NCBI RefSeq assembly: GCF_963921235.1 | Contig: NC_086108.1 | Coordinates: 98,892,001-98,956,000 of the forward strand | DNA length: 64,000 bases | Source: Mobula hypostoma | Taxonomy: Eukaryota | Direction of reading: 5' to 3' | Part shown: piece after piece, positions 26,315 to 38,935 of the stretch | How positions within the stretch are numbered: position 1 is the first letter of the stretch | How the letters are laid out: each line of letters begins with the position of its first letter | Translations under genes and position numbers: made by a program | Notes under the pieces: model-generated | What the model was told of the DNA's origin: nothing | The model's input: only the letters and a program-made list of their open reading frames with translations | The model's database searches: none

Positions 26315-27862
26315 CATAGAAACATAGAAAATAGGTGAAGTAGGCCATTCGGCCCTTCAAGCCTGCGCCGCCATTTATTATGATCATGGCTGATCATCCA
26401 ACTCAGAACCCTGCACCAGCCTTCCCTCCATACCCCCTGACCCCCATAGCCACAAGGGCCATATCTAACTCCCTCTTAAATATAGCCAATGAACTGGCCT
26501 CAACTGTTTCCTGTGGCAGAGAATTCCACAGATTCACCACTCTCTGTGTGAAGAAGTTTTTCCTCATCTCGGTCCTAAAAGGCTTCCCCTTTATCCTCAA
26601 ACTGTGACCCCTCGTTCTGGACTTCCCCAACATCGGGAACAATCTTCCTGCATCTAGCCTGTCCAATCACTTTAGGATTTTATACGTTTCAATCAGATCC
26701 CCCCTCAATCTTCTAAATTCCAACGAGTACAAGCCCAGTTCATCCAGTCTTTCTTCATATGAAAGTCCTGCCATCCCAGGAATCAATCTGGTGAACCTTC
26801 TCTGTACTCCCTCTATGGCAAGGATGTCTTTCCTCAGATTAGGGGAACAAAACTGCACACAATACTCCAGGTGTGGTCTCACCAAGGCCTTGTACAATTG
26901 CAGTAGTACCTCCCTGCTCCTGTACTCGAATCCTCTCGCTATAAATGCCAGCATACCATTCGCCTTTTTCACCGCCTGCTGTACCTGCATGCCCACTTTC
27001 AATGACTGGTGTATAATGACACCCAGGTCTCGTTGCACCTCCCCTTTTCCTAATCAGCCACCATTCAGATAATAATCTGTTTTCCTATTTTTGCCACCAA
27101 AGTGGATAACTTCACATTTATCCACATTAAATTGCATCTGCCATGAATTTGCCCACTCACCCAACCTATCCAAGTTACTCTGCATCCTCTTAGCATCCTC
27201 CTCACAGCTAACACTGCCACCCAGCTTCGTGTCATCCGCAAACTTGGAGATGCTGCATTTAATTCCCTCATCCAAGTCATTAATATATATTGTAAACAAC
27301 TGGGGTCCCAGCACTGAGCCTTGCGGTACCCCACTAGTCACCGCCTGCCATTCTGAAAAGGTCCCGTTTATTCCCACCCTTTGCTTCCTGTCTGCTAACC
27401 AATTCTCCATCCACATCAATACCTTACCCCCAATACCCTGTGCTTTAAGTTTGCACACTCATCTCCTGTGTGGGACCTTGTCAAAAGCCTTTTGAAAATC
27501 CAAATATACCACGTCCACTGGTTCTCCCCTATTCACTCTACTAGTTACATTCTCAAAAATTTCTATGAGATTCGTCAGACATGATTTTCCTTTCACAAAT
27601 CCAAGCTGACTTTGTCCGATGATTTCACCGCTTTCCAAACATGCTGTTATCACATCTTTGATAACTGACTCCAGCAGTTTCCCCACCACCGACGTTAGGC
27701 TAACCGGTCTATAATTCCCCGGTTTCTCTCTCCCTCCTTTTTTACAAAGTGGGGTTACATTAGCCACCCTCCAATCCTCAGGAACTAGTCCAGAACCTAA
27801 CGAGTTTTGAAAAATTATCACTAATGCATCCACTATTTCTTGGGCTACTTCCTTAAGCACTC
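26315..27862 (-). mobile_element. Young CR1 LINE 3' fragment
   Basis: RT motifs in ORFs 27459-27860, 27054-27458 and 26667-27038. (TTTCTATG)n tail at ~26315-26330. Confidence 0.92.
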
Positions 27863-28637
27863 TTAGGCTTCTAAGACATTAGGCTTCTAACCTTCAGACA
27901 AGCTAATCCAGGGATTTCGACCTTCAGGCCTTGACCTCCAAACTTAGCAACTTCTCTCTTCGATCTTTGGGCATTGACATACGGACTCAATGACATCTGA
28001 ACTTGCCGACTTCTGGGTATGAACCCCAGGACTCACGATTATGGGACTTTAACCTCCAAGTCTTGAGCTCACATATACAGACCTCTGCCCCCAGGATTCA
28101 CCAACCAGGGGTTCCTCAGCTGACTTGCCTCCTGCCCACACAGTCCTCCAACCCCAAGTCTTGCCAAAAGTGGTCCATCTTCAAAATATTCTTGGGAATA
28201 ATTAGCGACAACCAAAAAATGCTGACCTTGCCACTAACACCCATATATAATAAAATGAACAAAAAAAATCTTCCACTGGAATTAGTAGATGACGAATTAG
28301 CTCATAACAATTTCATGCAACTCTATGTTTAGCTCTCTGATGTCAAAGGATGGAAAAAACAATTTTATTGTTAGCTGCTTTGCCAAAATTAAATTAATAT
28401 AGTTGATTAGTTATATTTTTCCTGTTTTTGAAAGCAGTGATGCTGACTGCTCACCAACTCTGCTTACCAGTATACAAAGATGAAGTGACCTGAAAAACCT
28501 GTATGTCACACGGACATCTTTACCAATGGAGTAAATCTGTAAGGTGCATAAATGCACTTTAAAAAACATAGAGGGAACATCCAATAATAAAATTCTGCTG
28601 ATAAAAGTTCAAAGCAAACTTATTATCAAAGAATATA

Positions 28638-30077
28638 CAGTGGCATGCAAACGTTTAGGCACCCCGGTCAAAATTTCTGTTACTGTGAATAGTTAAGTGA
28701 GTAGAAGATGAACTGATCTCCAAAAGTCATAAAGCTAAAGATGAAACATTCTTTTCAACATTTTAAGCAAGATTAGTGTATTATTTTTGTTTTGTACAAT
28801 TTTAGAGTGAAAAAAAGGAAAGGAGTACCCTAACAATCAGCAGCCATGGGCTCCTCTAAGCAGCTGCCTAGCACTCTGAAAATTAAAATAAATGATGCCC
28901 ACAAAGCAGGAGAAGGCTATAATTAGATAGTAAAGCATTTTCAGTTAGCCGTTTCCTCCGTTCGTTATGCAATTAAGAAATGGTAGTTAACAGGAACAGT
29001 GGAAGGCAAGTTGAGGTCTGGAAGACCAAGTAAACTTTCCGAGAGAACTGCTCATAGGATTGCTAGAAAGGCAAATCAAACCCCCGTTTGACTGCAAAAG
29101 ACCTTCAGGAAGATTTAGCAGACTCTGGAGTGGTGGTGCACTGTTCTACTGTGTAGCAACACCTGCACAAATATGACCTTCATGGAAGAGTCATCAGAAG
29201 AAAACCTTTTCTGCGCCCTCACCACAAAATTCAGCGTCAGAAGCTTCCAAAGGAACATCTAAACAAGCCTGATGCATTTTGGAAACAAGTCCTGTGGACT
29301 GATGAAGTTAAAATAGAACTTTTTGGCCACAAATGAGCAAAGGTATGTTTAGAGAAAAAAGGGTGCAGAATTTCTTGAAAATAACACCTCTCCAACTGTT
29401 AAGCACGGGGGTGGATCGATGATGCTTTGGGCTTGTGTTGCAGCCAGTGGCACAGGGAACGTTTCACTGATAGGGGGAAGAATGAATTTAATTAAATACC
29501 AGCAAATTCTGGAAACAAACATCACACCATCTGTAAAAAAGCTGAAGATGAAAAGAGGATGGCTTCTACAACAGGATAATGATCCTAAACACACCTCAAA
29601 ATCCACAATGAACTACCTCAAGAGGTGCAAGCTGAAGGTTTTGCCATGGCCCTCACAGTCCCCTGACCTAAACATCATCAGAAATCTGTGGATAGACCTC
29701 AAAAGAGCAGTGCATACAAGACGGCCCAAGAATCTCACAAAACTAGAAGCCTTCTGCAAGGAAGAATGGGCGAAAATCCCCCAAATGAGAACCAAAAGAC
29801 TCTCAGCTGGCTACAGAAAATGTTTATAAGCTGTGATACTTGCCAAAGGAGGTGCTGACCATGCCGGGTGCCCAAACTTTTGCTTTGGGCCCTTTTCCTT
29901 TTTTGTTATTTTGAAACTGTAAAAGATGGAAATAAAAAAGTTTTCTTGCTTAAAATATTAAAGAAATGTGTCATGTTTAACTTTATGTCTGTTGGAAATC
30001 AGGTCATCTTTTACTCGCTTAGCTATTCACAGTAACAGAAATTTTGACCGAGGTGCCCAAACTTTTGCATGCCACTG
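28638..30077 (+). mobile_element. Tc1 DNA transposon, full length but inactivated
   Basis: TA TSDs and TIRs cagtggcatgcaaa / tttgcatgccactg with extended inverted similarity. Transposase motifs WTDEVKIELFG, QQDNDPKH and SPDLNII(R)NLW, in which the catalytic E is lost. Several stops and frameshifts. Confidence 0.92.
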
Positions 30078-30749
30078 TACATGTCACCATGTAGAATCCA
30101 GAGATTCATTTTCTTGCGGTAATACTCAATAATTCCAATAGAATCAATGAAAGACCACAGCAATAGGGCAGACAACCAGTATGCAAAAGACATCAAACTG
30201 CAAATATAAAAACAAAGAAATACAAGAAAGAAAGAAAGAAATACCTTCTTCCCCATGGCAGCAGCAAGAAGAGAGCATGTCCTGGGTGGTGGGTCCTGCT
30301 GTCCCCAGTATCAACCATGACTTACCTAGTAGCACACACTCCTGGGCTATAGTCTGGAACGTAGACACTCTCCAAGGTCTGGAGCACAAATATTCTAAAC
30401 TGATATTCCAGTGCAGTATTAAATACATGTCAAACTATGACAGGGATGGCAGCATTCTGAATATTTGTAAGATAGAAGCTACATTGATCTTTGAAGATGG
30501 ACATGTTCCTTCTTCCCCAATCCAAATCAACTATTAAAGTAGAGATGAAGTGGCAGCATGTCGAACAAAAGCAAAGAGATATCCTGGTTAATATTTTGCT
30601 ATCAATCATCACTGAAAAATATATCAACTTGGTCTCTTCTAAAACTTTGCTTATACAGTACTGTGCAAATGTTTTAAGACACACTAGATTTTTTTAAAAT
30701 ATAAATTTAGTTTTAGAAGTTTACTTTTTGTCTTCTGTACTTGTGTGTT

Positions 30750-32916
30750 AATCATGACTGACGAATCTCATAGAATTTTTTGAGGATGTAACTAGTAGAG
30801 TGGATAGGGGAGAACCAGTGGATGTGGTATATTTGGATTTTCAAAAGGCTTTTGACAAGGTCCCACACAGGAGATGAGTGTGCAAACTTAAAGCACACGG
30901 TATTGGGGGTAAGGTATTGGTGTGGGTGGAGAATTGGTTAGCAGACAGGAAGCAAAGAGTGGGAATAAACGGGACCTTTTCAGAATGGCAGGCGGTGACT
31001 AGTGGGGTACCGCAAGGCTCAGTGCTGGGACCCCAGTTGTGCACAATATATATTAATGACTTGGATGAGGGAATTAAATGCAGCATCTCCAAGTTTGCGG
31101 ATGACACGAAGCTGGGGGCAGTGTTAGCTGTGAGGAGGATGCTAAGAGGATGCAGGATGACTTGGATAGGTTGGGTGAGTGGGCAAATTCATGGCAGATG
31201 CAATTTAATGTGGATAAATGTGAAGTTATCCACTTTGGTGGCAAAAATAGGAAAACAGATTATTGTCTGAATGGTGGCCGATTAGGAAAAGGGGAGGTGC
31301 AACGAGACCTGGGTATCATTTGTTACGAGAATACACATAAAATTAAGATGTTTGCTGGCCTGGGCTAGCATCAGTGGCATCAGCAGTTGGTCTGCCACCT
31401 GCCCTCAGGGGAAGGAGAGATAAGGAACAATGGAGCAGCGTCTGGAGATGTGTAATGAAGGGATGTGGGAGAGAGAGCTGTCTGGAGCGGCTCCCCCCTT
31501 TGAACCCTGAACTGTTTGAAGTGATGGACAGGCGATACCCCAGCAGGGGGATAAAAAGGGACAGGTTCGCTAAGACAGGGACACACGCCACCCGAGGTAA
31601 CGAGACCCTGGAAGCGGTGCGCCTCTCACGAGTGGGTGAGAAGTGCCAGACAACGACAAGGGTGGAAAGGTACGATCAGCGGGAACCCGGTGTGTGTCCG
31701 CCCTTGCCTGGGTGCCGGGTTCACTGCAGAGGATCGACCGCATCTGGAGGAGGGGTCACAGTCGGTGACCTCAGGTGACATCACCAAGGACCCGCCCAAA
31801 AGCTGTTTGTGAGCCATCTCGCTGGTCTGTGAGCCATCTCGCTGGTCTGTGAGCCATCTCGCTGGTCTGTGAGTGAAGCAGTGTTCTGAATGATCAGTTG
31901 TTCCTATTCTATCTCTCTCTCCCCCCACGTTGCCCATCGCCATGGCAACGATTACTGCGAACTACTAACTGGACTGAACTTTGAGTCATTTTGAAATTGG
32001 TCATTTTACCCCTAGACAACGATAGAGCTTGACTGATGCTGTTATCTTACTTCTGTGCACATGTGTGTTTATCATCACTGAACTGTTGCATTTATTATCC
32101 TTTCGATTACTGTGTTGCTTGTTTCTTTAATAAAACTTTCTTAGTTCTAGTACTCCAGACTCCAACTGAGTGATCCATTTCTGCTGGTTTGGCAACCCAG
32201 TTACGGGGTACGTAACACATTATACACCAGTCATTGAAAGTGGGCATGCAGGTACAGCAGGCAGTGAAAAAGGCGAATGGTATGCTGGCATTTAGAGTGA
32301 GAGGATTCGAGTACAGGAGCAGGGAGGTACTACTGCAGTTGTACAAGGCCTTGGTGAGACCACACCTGGAGTATTGTGTGCAGTTTTGGGCCCCTAATCT
32401 GAGGAAAGACATCCTTGCCATAGAGGGAGTACAAAGAAGGTTCACCAGATTGATTCCTGGGATGGCAGGACTTTCATATGAAGAAAGACTGAATGAACTG
32501 GGCTTGTACTCGTTGGAATTTAGAAGATTGAGGGGGGATCTGATTGAAACGTATAAAATCCTAAAGGGATTGGACAGGCTAGATGCAGGAAGATTGTTCC
32601 CAATGTTGGGGAAGTCCAGAACAAGGGGCCACAGTCTGAGGATAGAGGGGAAGCCTTTTAGGACCGAGATGAGGAAAAACTTCTTCACACAGAGAGTGGT
32701 GAATCTGTGCCACAGGAAACAGTTGAGGCCAGTTCATTGGCTATATTTAAGAGGGAGTTAGATATGGCCCTTGTGGCTACGGGGGTCAGGGGGTATGGAG
32801 GGAAGGCTGGGGTGGGGTTTTGAGTTGGATGATCAGCCATGATCATAATAAATGGCGGTGCAGGCTTGAAGGGCCGAATGGCCTACTCCTGCACCTATTT
32901 TCTATGTTTCTATGTT
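30750..32916 (+). mobile_element. Young CR1 3' fragment (same family as 26315-27862) interrupted by a solo LTR
   Basis: The RT coding sequence continues across the LTR insertion and ends in a tttctatgtttctatg tail. Confidence 0.9.
31321..32217 (+). mobile_element. Solo LTR, same family as 2898-3747
   Basis: TGTTACG...CGTAACA termini and a 4-bp TSD CATT (31317-31320, 32218-32221). Internal 20-bp unit gagccatctcgctggtctgt x3 at 31811-31870. Confidence 0.9.
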
Positions 32917-33639
32917 AGTAGATGAGAGAAAATTTTAGATTTTCAAGCATTCATTTTCCAAAAGAATGTTAGAGAAAATTTTGTATTTTGTTAAAGAAAG
33001 TAACATATTTAATAACATATGACTTTTCAAATAAAAACTTATTACTTTGTCAGTATATAGCCCAGTGCGTGATCAAACGACGACAACAAACAGGTGCTAA
33101 TGATCAATGACATGAGTTGAATGAACTAAACTGATTAACTAAAACATAAACAGGTACAGAAGGAATCAAACTGTACAAAAGGCAACCAAACTAAAAAGGT
33201 GAGAGTGTTGCAGATGTGCCAGTTAGACCTCCAAATCATCAATTCTTACACCATGGCAAGAGTGAGCATGGCAACAAGACACAAGGTAGTCATCTCACAT
33301 AGCAAGGTCTCTCCCAAGCAGAAATTTGGCAGCAGACAGCAGTTTAAGAAGTGCTGTCCAAGCTCTTCTGAAGAAGCACAAAGGAACAGGCATGGTTGAG
33401 GAACAGAAATGCAGTGGACGGCCATGGAAACTGAGGGTAGAAGACAACAGATACTTCCCTGCAGAACTCTGGGCATCTTCTGCTGCCTGAGAACTCAGTT
33501 CAAGCCACACTTCCCACTTGAAGTGAAGCAGTTCATGGAACTAAATGCTGCCTGCCATAACCAGGGGATGAGCTACATACTGTCATTTGCTCTTGAGATT
33601 GTAGGAAAAGAACCTTTAGTAAACTAATTTTTTTTTAAA

Positions 33640-33915
33640 TGAGACATAATGCAGAATAGGTCCTTCTGGTCATACCAGCTGCGCCGCCCAGCAACCTCCA
33701 ATTTAACCCTAGCCTAATCACAGGGCTATTTACAATGACCAATTAACCCACCAACTGGAATTTTGGACTGTGGGAGGAAAGCTGCAGCACCTGGAAGAAA
33801 CCCATGCAGTCACAAGGAGAGTGTAAAAACTCCTTGCACACAGCAGTGGGAATTGAATCTGGGTCACCAGTACTGTAAAGCATTGCGCTAACCATTACAC
33901 AAACATGCCACCCCA
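33640..33915 (-). mobile_element. V-SINE (HE1-like)
   Basis: Minus strand shows a tRNA-like head, a V-domain and the shared 3' tail, and ends in an A-rich tract. Confidence 0.7.
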
Positions 33916-35581
33916 GATGTGGAAATGGAGTTATTTTGTTTTGCAATAATCAAGTGATTATTTTAAAAGTTTTAACTGTTTCATTGTTTAGCAAGTCAGT
34001 GCACATAAACAATACGACTAGCCTTCTATATCAGTGTAAAACAAACAGGTGCGTGTTTCTTCAGAAACTCACAGATGCCCAGAATAGGGAAATCCCAGCC
34101 TCTCAGTTGGATCAGGAATATGACTGTATTCAATTCTTGGAACTTTCCTGGGAAGGAATGGTTAACAAGTACTGCTGCTTCCAAAAGCTAAAAACTGCAG
34201 ATACTAGATAATTCAAATGAAAGAGGTACTGAAAATATTCAGAAGCATTTGGCTTTAACATTTCTATGTTCTAATGAATGGTTTATTGACCCAAAATGTC
34301 AGCTGTTTCTCTCCTTGTGGATGTTACTTGGCCTGTTGAACATTTTAATTTTTCTTGTGTTTAATTTTCTGCTTCTAGATCATTATGCAAGAATCCTTGC
34401 CAGAAATGTCCACATGGACATCACAGAATTGGTATTGGAATGGTTGTTATGAGTGACATCTATTGGGGACCGGAACGCTACCACCGGGGAACCACACCCT
34501 AGGAAAGTAGGGGTCATCAGAAAAATATACAAACCTTGAAGGTGACACCCATCATTACCTGATTATTATATAGTAAACTAATCATGCTTCATGCTATTTC
34601 AAATACAATTTCAGTTCCTTGATGGAACTACTGCCTTATAATCACCCTTATTGCAACTTTCATTTTAAAACAAAACCCTTGGAAAACATGGGGACATCAA
34701 GAATAATACTTAGAAACAGGAAAAACACAAACGTCACACTCACGCCTTGGAAACCAGTTTAATAAACTCCTACTGCAACAGACATTCAACAACAACAAAC
34801 CAAAGTTCTTATCTGCAAGACTAAATTCACCATAAGGAGATAAAGTAAAGGACAACACCCAAGTTTTAACCACTACAATCAAACTAAAGGCAATTAGAAA
34901 GGTGAACAAAAAGTTGTAGAAACTACCTGTGAAGGAAGAAATTGCTTTCACAGGTAAGTTGCTCCATTTCTAGTGAGACAACGCAGGAACAGATCCTTTG
35001 GCTCAGAGACTATGCTGACCATCAAGCACCTAATTGCACTAATTCAATTTTATTTTCTCCACATTCCCATCATTTCTCCCCCAGATTCTATCACTACCCC
35101 TACCTATTCACTAAACTTTAAGTACCTGGAGGAAAACAACAGTCACAAGGAAATGGTGCAAAATCTACTCAAAGTCAGGATTGGACCAGATCACCGAAGC
35201 TGGGAAGAAACAACTCTGTTAGCTGCCAAATTACTAGATTAGGAAGGAATTGTTTAACTAGGATGGGTTTTACCAATTTCCAAATGGAAAGGACAATAAT
35301 GATAAAAGGTGGGATGACTCCCTATATTAATAAAAGTAGTAGAAATTGGAAAAAGTTGATCAATACTTCAGAAATAATTAATGGTACTTGAAACAGAAAA
35401 AAATTAAAAGTTTTGAAAAACATACAGTGGAATTCCAATAGCCAACGCTCAGAGGACTTACAAAAGGTTCTACCAGCAAATTTTCTGGACAACTGGACAA
35501 TATTACTATAAATACCCCATCAATGTTTTAATTATTTTTCCAGTGAACCCAGAAAGTTTAAAGGAAGTACAGAAAATAGAA

Positions 35582-35712
35582 ACATGAGGAATTCTGCAGA
35601 TGCTGGAAATTCAAGCAACACAACTCAGCTGAGACCCGAAACATCGACTGTACCTCTTCCGAGAGATGCTGCCTGGCCTGTTGCGTTCACCAGCAACTTT
35701 GAGTTGTGTTGC
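35582..35712. mobile_element. Miniature inverted Penelope derivative with a partial hammerhead
   Basis: 13-bp TSD acagaaaatagaa (35569-35581, 35713-35725). pLTR pieces in opposite orientations. Confidence 0.82.
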
Positions 35713-36922
35713 ACAGAAAATAGAATCTGAGGCTCAAAGGAGAATGGGAAATAGGACTCTAGAAAGCTTGATACAGATCCACTGGTATTTTTCAACAAGT
35801 GGATATTGAATTACTAGATGAATAGAATTAAAAGCAAAGGTTGAGTTAACTGTGGCCTAAAATCATATATGTGGTACTGTAAACGTAACTTTGCTGGATC
35901 AAATAATGACAGCACAAAAAGATCGTTACTTATCTTTTCACCCGTTTATTTCTTCGAGCTCAGCGAGTGAACTTGGACCCGACATCAGGGAGAGAATCTT
36001 TCTCATCTCCCCGGCGGTTCTACAAGTTCACCGCCTGATGTCAGAATTGTCAGAAGTTATAAGGCCACCGAGACAAAAGAACAATCAATTTGATAAGTAT
36101 TCCAGCCAAGTCAGTGGACTATTGATACGAAAGTACAATCAATTTGCTAAACACTCCAGCCACCTTGATTAAAGAAAGGAATCTCCTACCTGGTTTGCTG
36201 GAGCCACAACTTAATGACAAACATAAGAACATCCGTCAAATGTATGCTTTAATTAAGAAAGGAATGTTCTGTCTAATTTCCATCAGGTACTGCTTTTTGT
36301 CAAAATCAAAAAGTACGAAAAGCCCAGAGACACCTTATGTGGATCTGGGCGAACTTTAACCCTCATCTTGCTCCAAAGAAAGCAGCTGTGAGACATTATC
36401 CAAACACACTGGAGTCACAGACATAGTCATTCATTGTTTACAGGGATCTGAGAATCGCCCATTCCCTTTAACTTTATCAGTACAAGGAAGCGAGTGAATG
36501 AACTGCAAGTGAAAATTCAATTTGTGGATGTGGATTCATAACCACTATTGAGAAAGGGTTGCAAGACCCACTGGAATCTGAACATCAGTTGTAAAGATCA
36601 GAAGTTATAGGATCCATGGTAGAACAAGAAACTGAAAATCATTTCTATGATACAAACAGAGGCAACCAGGGAACAAAGACTACATGGGAAAAATTAAAAG
36701 GATTTAGAATAAAGGCAGAAATGCTGGAAGAACTCAGCCAGTTAGACAGCATCTAGCATCTGTAGAAAGAAACCAGTCTATGTTTAGGTCAGCGACCATT
36801 TCTTAGAAGTCAAGTCAATTTTAAAAGTTTGTGGAACAGCTCACATTCCTAATCCACCCCTACTCCTCTGGTAATGCAGCTTGCAACCTCAATGCACTAA
36901 TATAGGGATTAGACAAGCATAT

Positions 36923-38159
36923 CCAATGCATTCCATTTAACTGGGCCATTGGTTAATCAGGGAAGTTGCTTATTTGGGACAACCCTTAAAAAACAAACAC
37001 TAATTGAGAAAATAGCTGGGATTTCCTTCGCTTATTTTTGACACTATACTGCTTAACTGGGACAGGAGACTGTTGCCACTCAGTTTTTAAACTAGCATCA
37101 GTCAACGTGCACTTGTGTAGCTGTTAGACACTATACTGTGCTAAAAGAGAACAGTTTTGCTCACTGTAGTTTCAAGCATTCTGGGTTGGAGATGCCAGAA
37201 ACGGCAGGGAGTGAAAATGAAACAATTTTACTACTTCAACAAGCTGAGAGCTAAGAATAACTTGAAGACACTGACAATCATCTTGAATGATACCTTTGGT
37301 CTTCACTAGACACTCAGCTCTCATCTATGGCTCCAAGTAGTTGCTTGCATGCTACAGCAACCACACCTCGATGCACCACTTCAACAGGTAATTTAAACCA
37401 AGTGAGGATAGCCAGTCAGTTTCATACCCCGGTGAGATAAGGATATGCCTGACCTGGCATACAAAGTCATCTCTGGCAGACTGGGCAAATGTAATCTACG
37501 ATGAGATCCATTGTAGGAAGGTGGTTCTACAAAGCTATGTGGAAAGCGAAGGGTATGATGGGGCACAGAAGTAGTCATGGTAACTATTCCAACCAGGACT
37601 CCAGTTGTGACATCTGCTCATACAACCGGACCCGGACTTCCGAGGTTGAGACAGTGGAATTGCTCCAGCGCAGTGGTTCTTCCTCTTTAAAGCTCTCCCG
37701 CATGGGTTTTCTGTCATGGGGGATGTATAGGACAACCATCAGTAATACTGGTAGTGTTCTAATTCATTCTGTATTTAATTTAAATGCATAATTTGTTACT
37801 CAGTTAAATGGAATTTTGTCTTTTTCTGAATTGACATACAGTGCAGAATAGTCCCTTCCACCCCTTTGAGTCGCGCTGAACAGCAATCCCCCAATTTAGT
37901 CCAGCTTAATCACGGAACAAAGTACAATAACCAATTAACCTACCAACTGGTACATCTTTGGAACGTTGGAGGAAACTGGAGCACCCAGAGGAAACATGTG
38001 CAGTAATAAGGAGAACATACAAACTTCTTACAGGCAGCAGTGGGATACCTTTATACCTTTTTAACTATTTCCATGAAACCGGCTAACAGGGAAGCCACTT
38101 ACATAGACCAAAATGTACCAAAATGTACCAGTGAGTCCCAATTAATCGGAATGCACTGC
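36923..38159. mobile_element. Tigger/pogo-like non-autonomous element (copy of 48596-49419) carrying two insertions
   Basis: Co-linear similarity to 48596-49419. Interrupted at ~37290-37740 by an unclassified repeat and at ~37835-38045 by a V-SINE. Confidence 0.7.
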
Positions 38160-38389
38160 AGTAAGAATATAATTGTCTGAATGAGTATATTCCACATAGA
38201 TTGGAATCAATATAACTTTCTGTTATATTGTCTTAGAATGCATAAGAGGACAGGCCACGTTATATTTATTAATGCACAATGAGCCAGATTTAGCACTTAA
38301 ACATTGTACAACAGAGACAGTATTACACAATGGACATCAAGATTGAATGAAAGAGAGAAATTCAAAACAGTTATTAAAATTCTGGCGGC

Positions 38390-38935
38390 ACAGGTGCATG
38401 CAGATGCTGGAATCTAGAGCAAAATAAAAATATATGAACATTGTATGTTCCAGTTTTAGATAACTCACTTTGTTTTCCATTCTCACCCATCTGGCCTGGG
38501 TCTCTCTCCCTATGTTCACCTTTTCCATCTCCCCCTCCCCACCGCCATTACCCAGACTCATCACTCTCCCTACTCAGTTCCATCTGCCCATCACCCACAT
38601 AGCATCTACCTGTGTTTCTTCACACTTGATTTACCTCAGGGAACCCCTCACCCACTTTGCTCCTGCCTTTCATTCCTCCCTTATCTGGTTCTACTTATTA
38701 TTTACCAGGCTATGTCTACGCTTCCCCCTCCCACCTGACTGCATTTTTTCTTCTCATCCATTACTTGCCTTTCTCTCAGCACTACACCCTCCCAAATGAT
38801 GCTGCATCATGCTCCTCATTTGATTCCACCTACAAGCTCCTGGCGCACCCCCCTCCTCAACTTCTACATACTGGCCATCCTCTCTCTACACACTCAGTCC
38901 TGATGCAGGGTCTCAACCCAAAGGGGTGACAATTT
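38390..38935 (+). repeat. Old Penelope pLTR remnant
   Basis: Pyrimidine-rich tract ending in the decayed hammerhead 'agtcctgatgcagggtctcaacccaaa' (38896). An inverted 'gcagatgctggaat' piece lies at ~38400. Confidence 0.55.

Noticed and set aside
31811..31870. CRISPR-like direct repeats
   Set aside because: Three head-to-tail 20-mers without spacers inside an LTR, in eukaryotic DNA.
34951..34959. Perfect plus-strand donor CAG|GTAAGT suggesting an antisense exon
   Set aside because: No supporting ORF, promoter or partner exon, and a single 9-mer is weak evidence.
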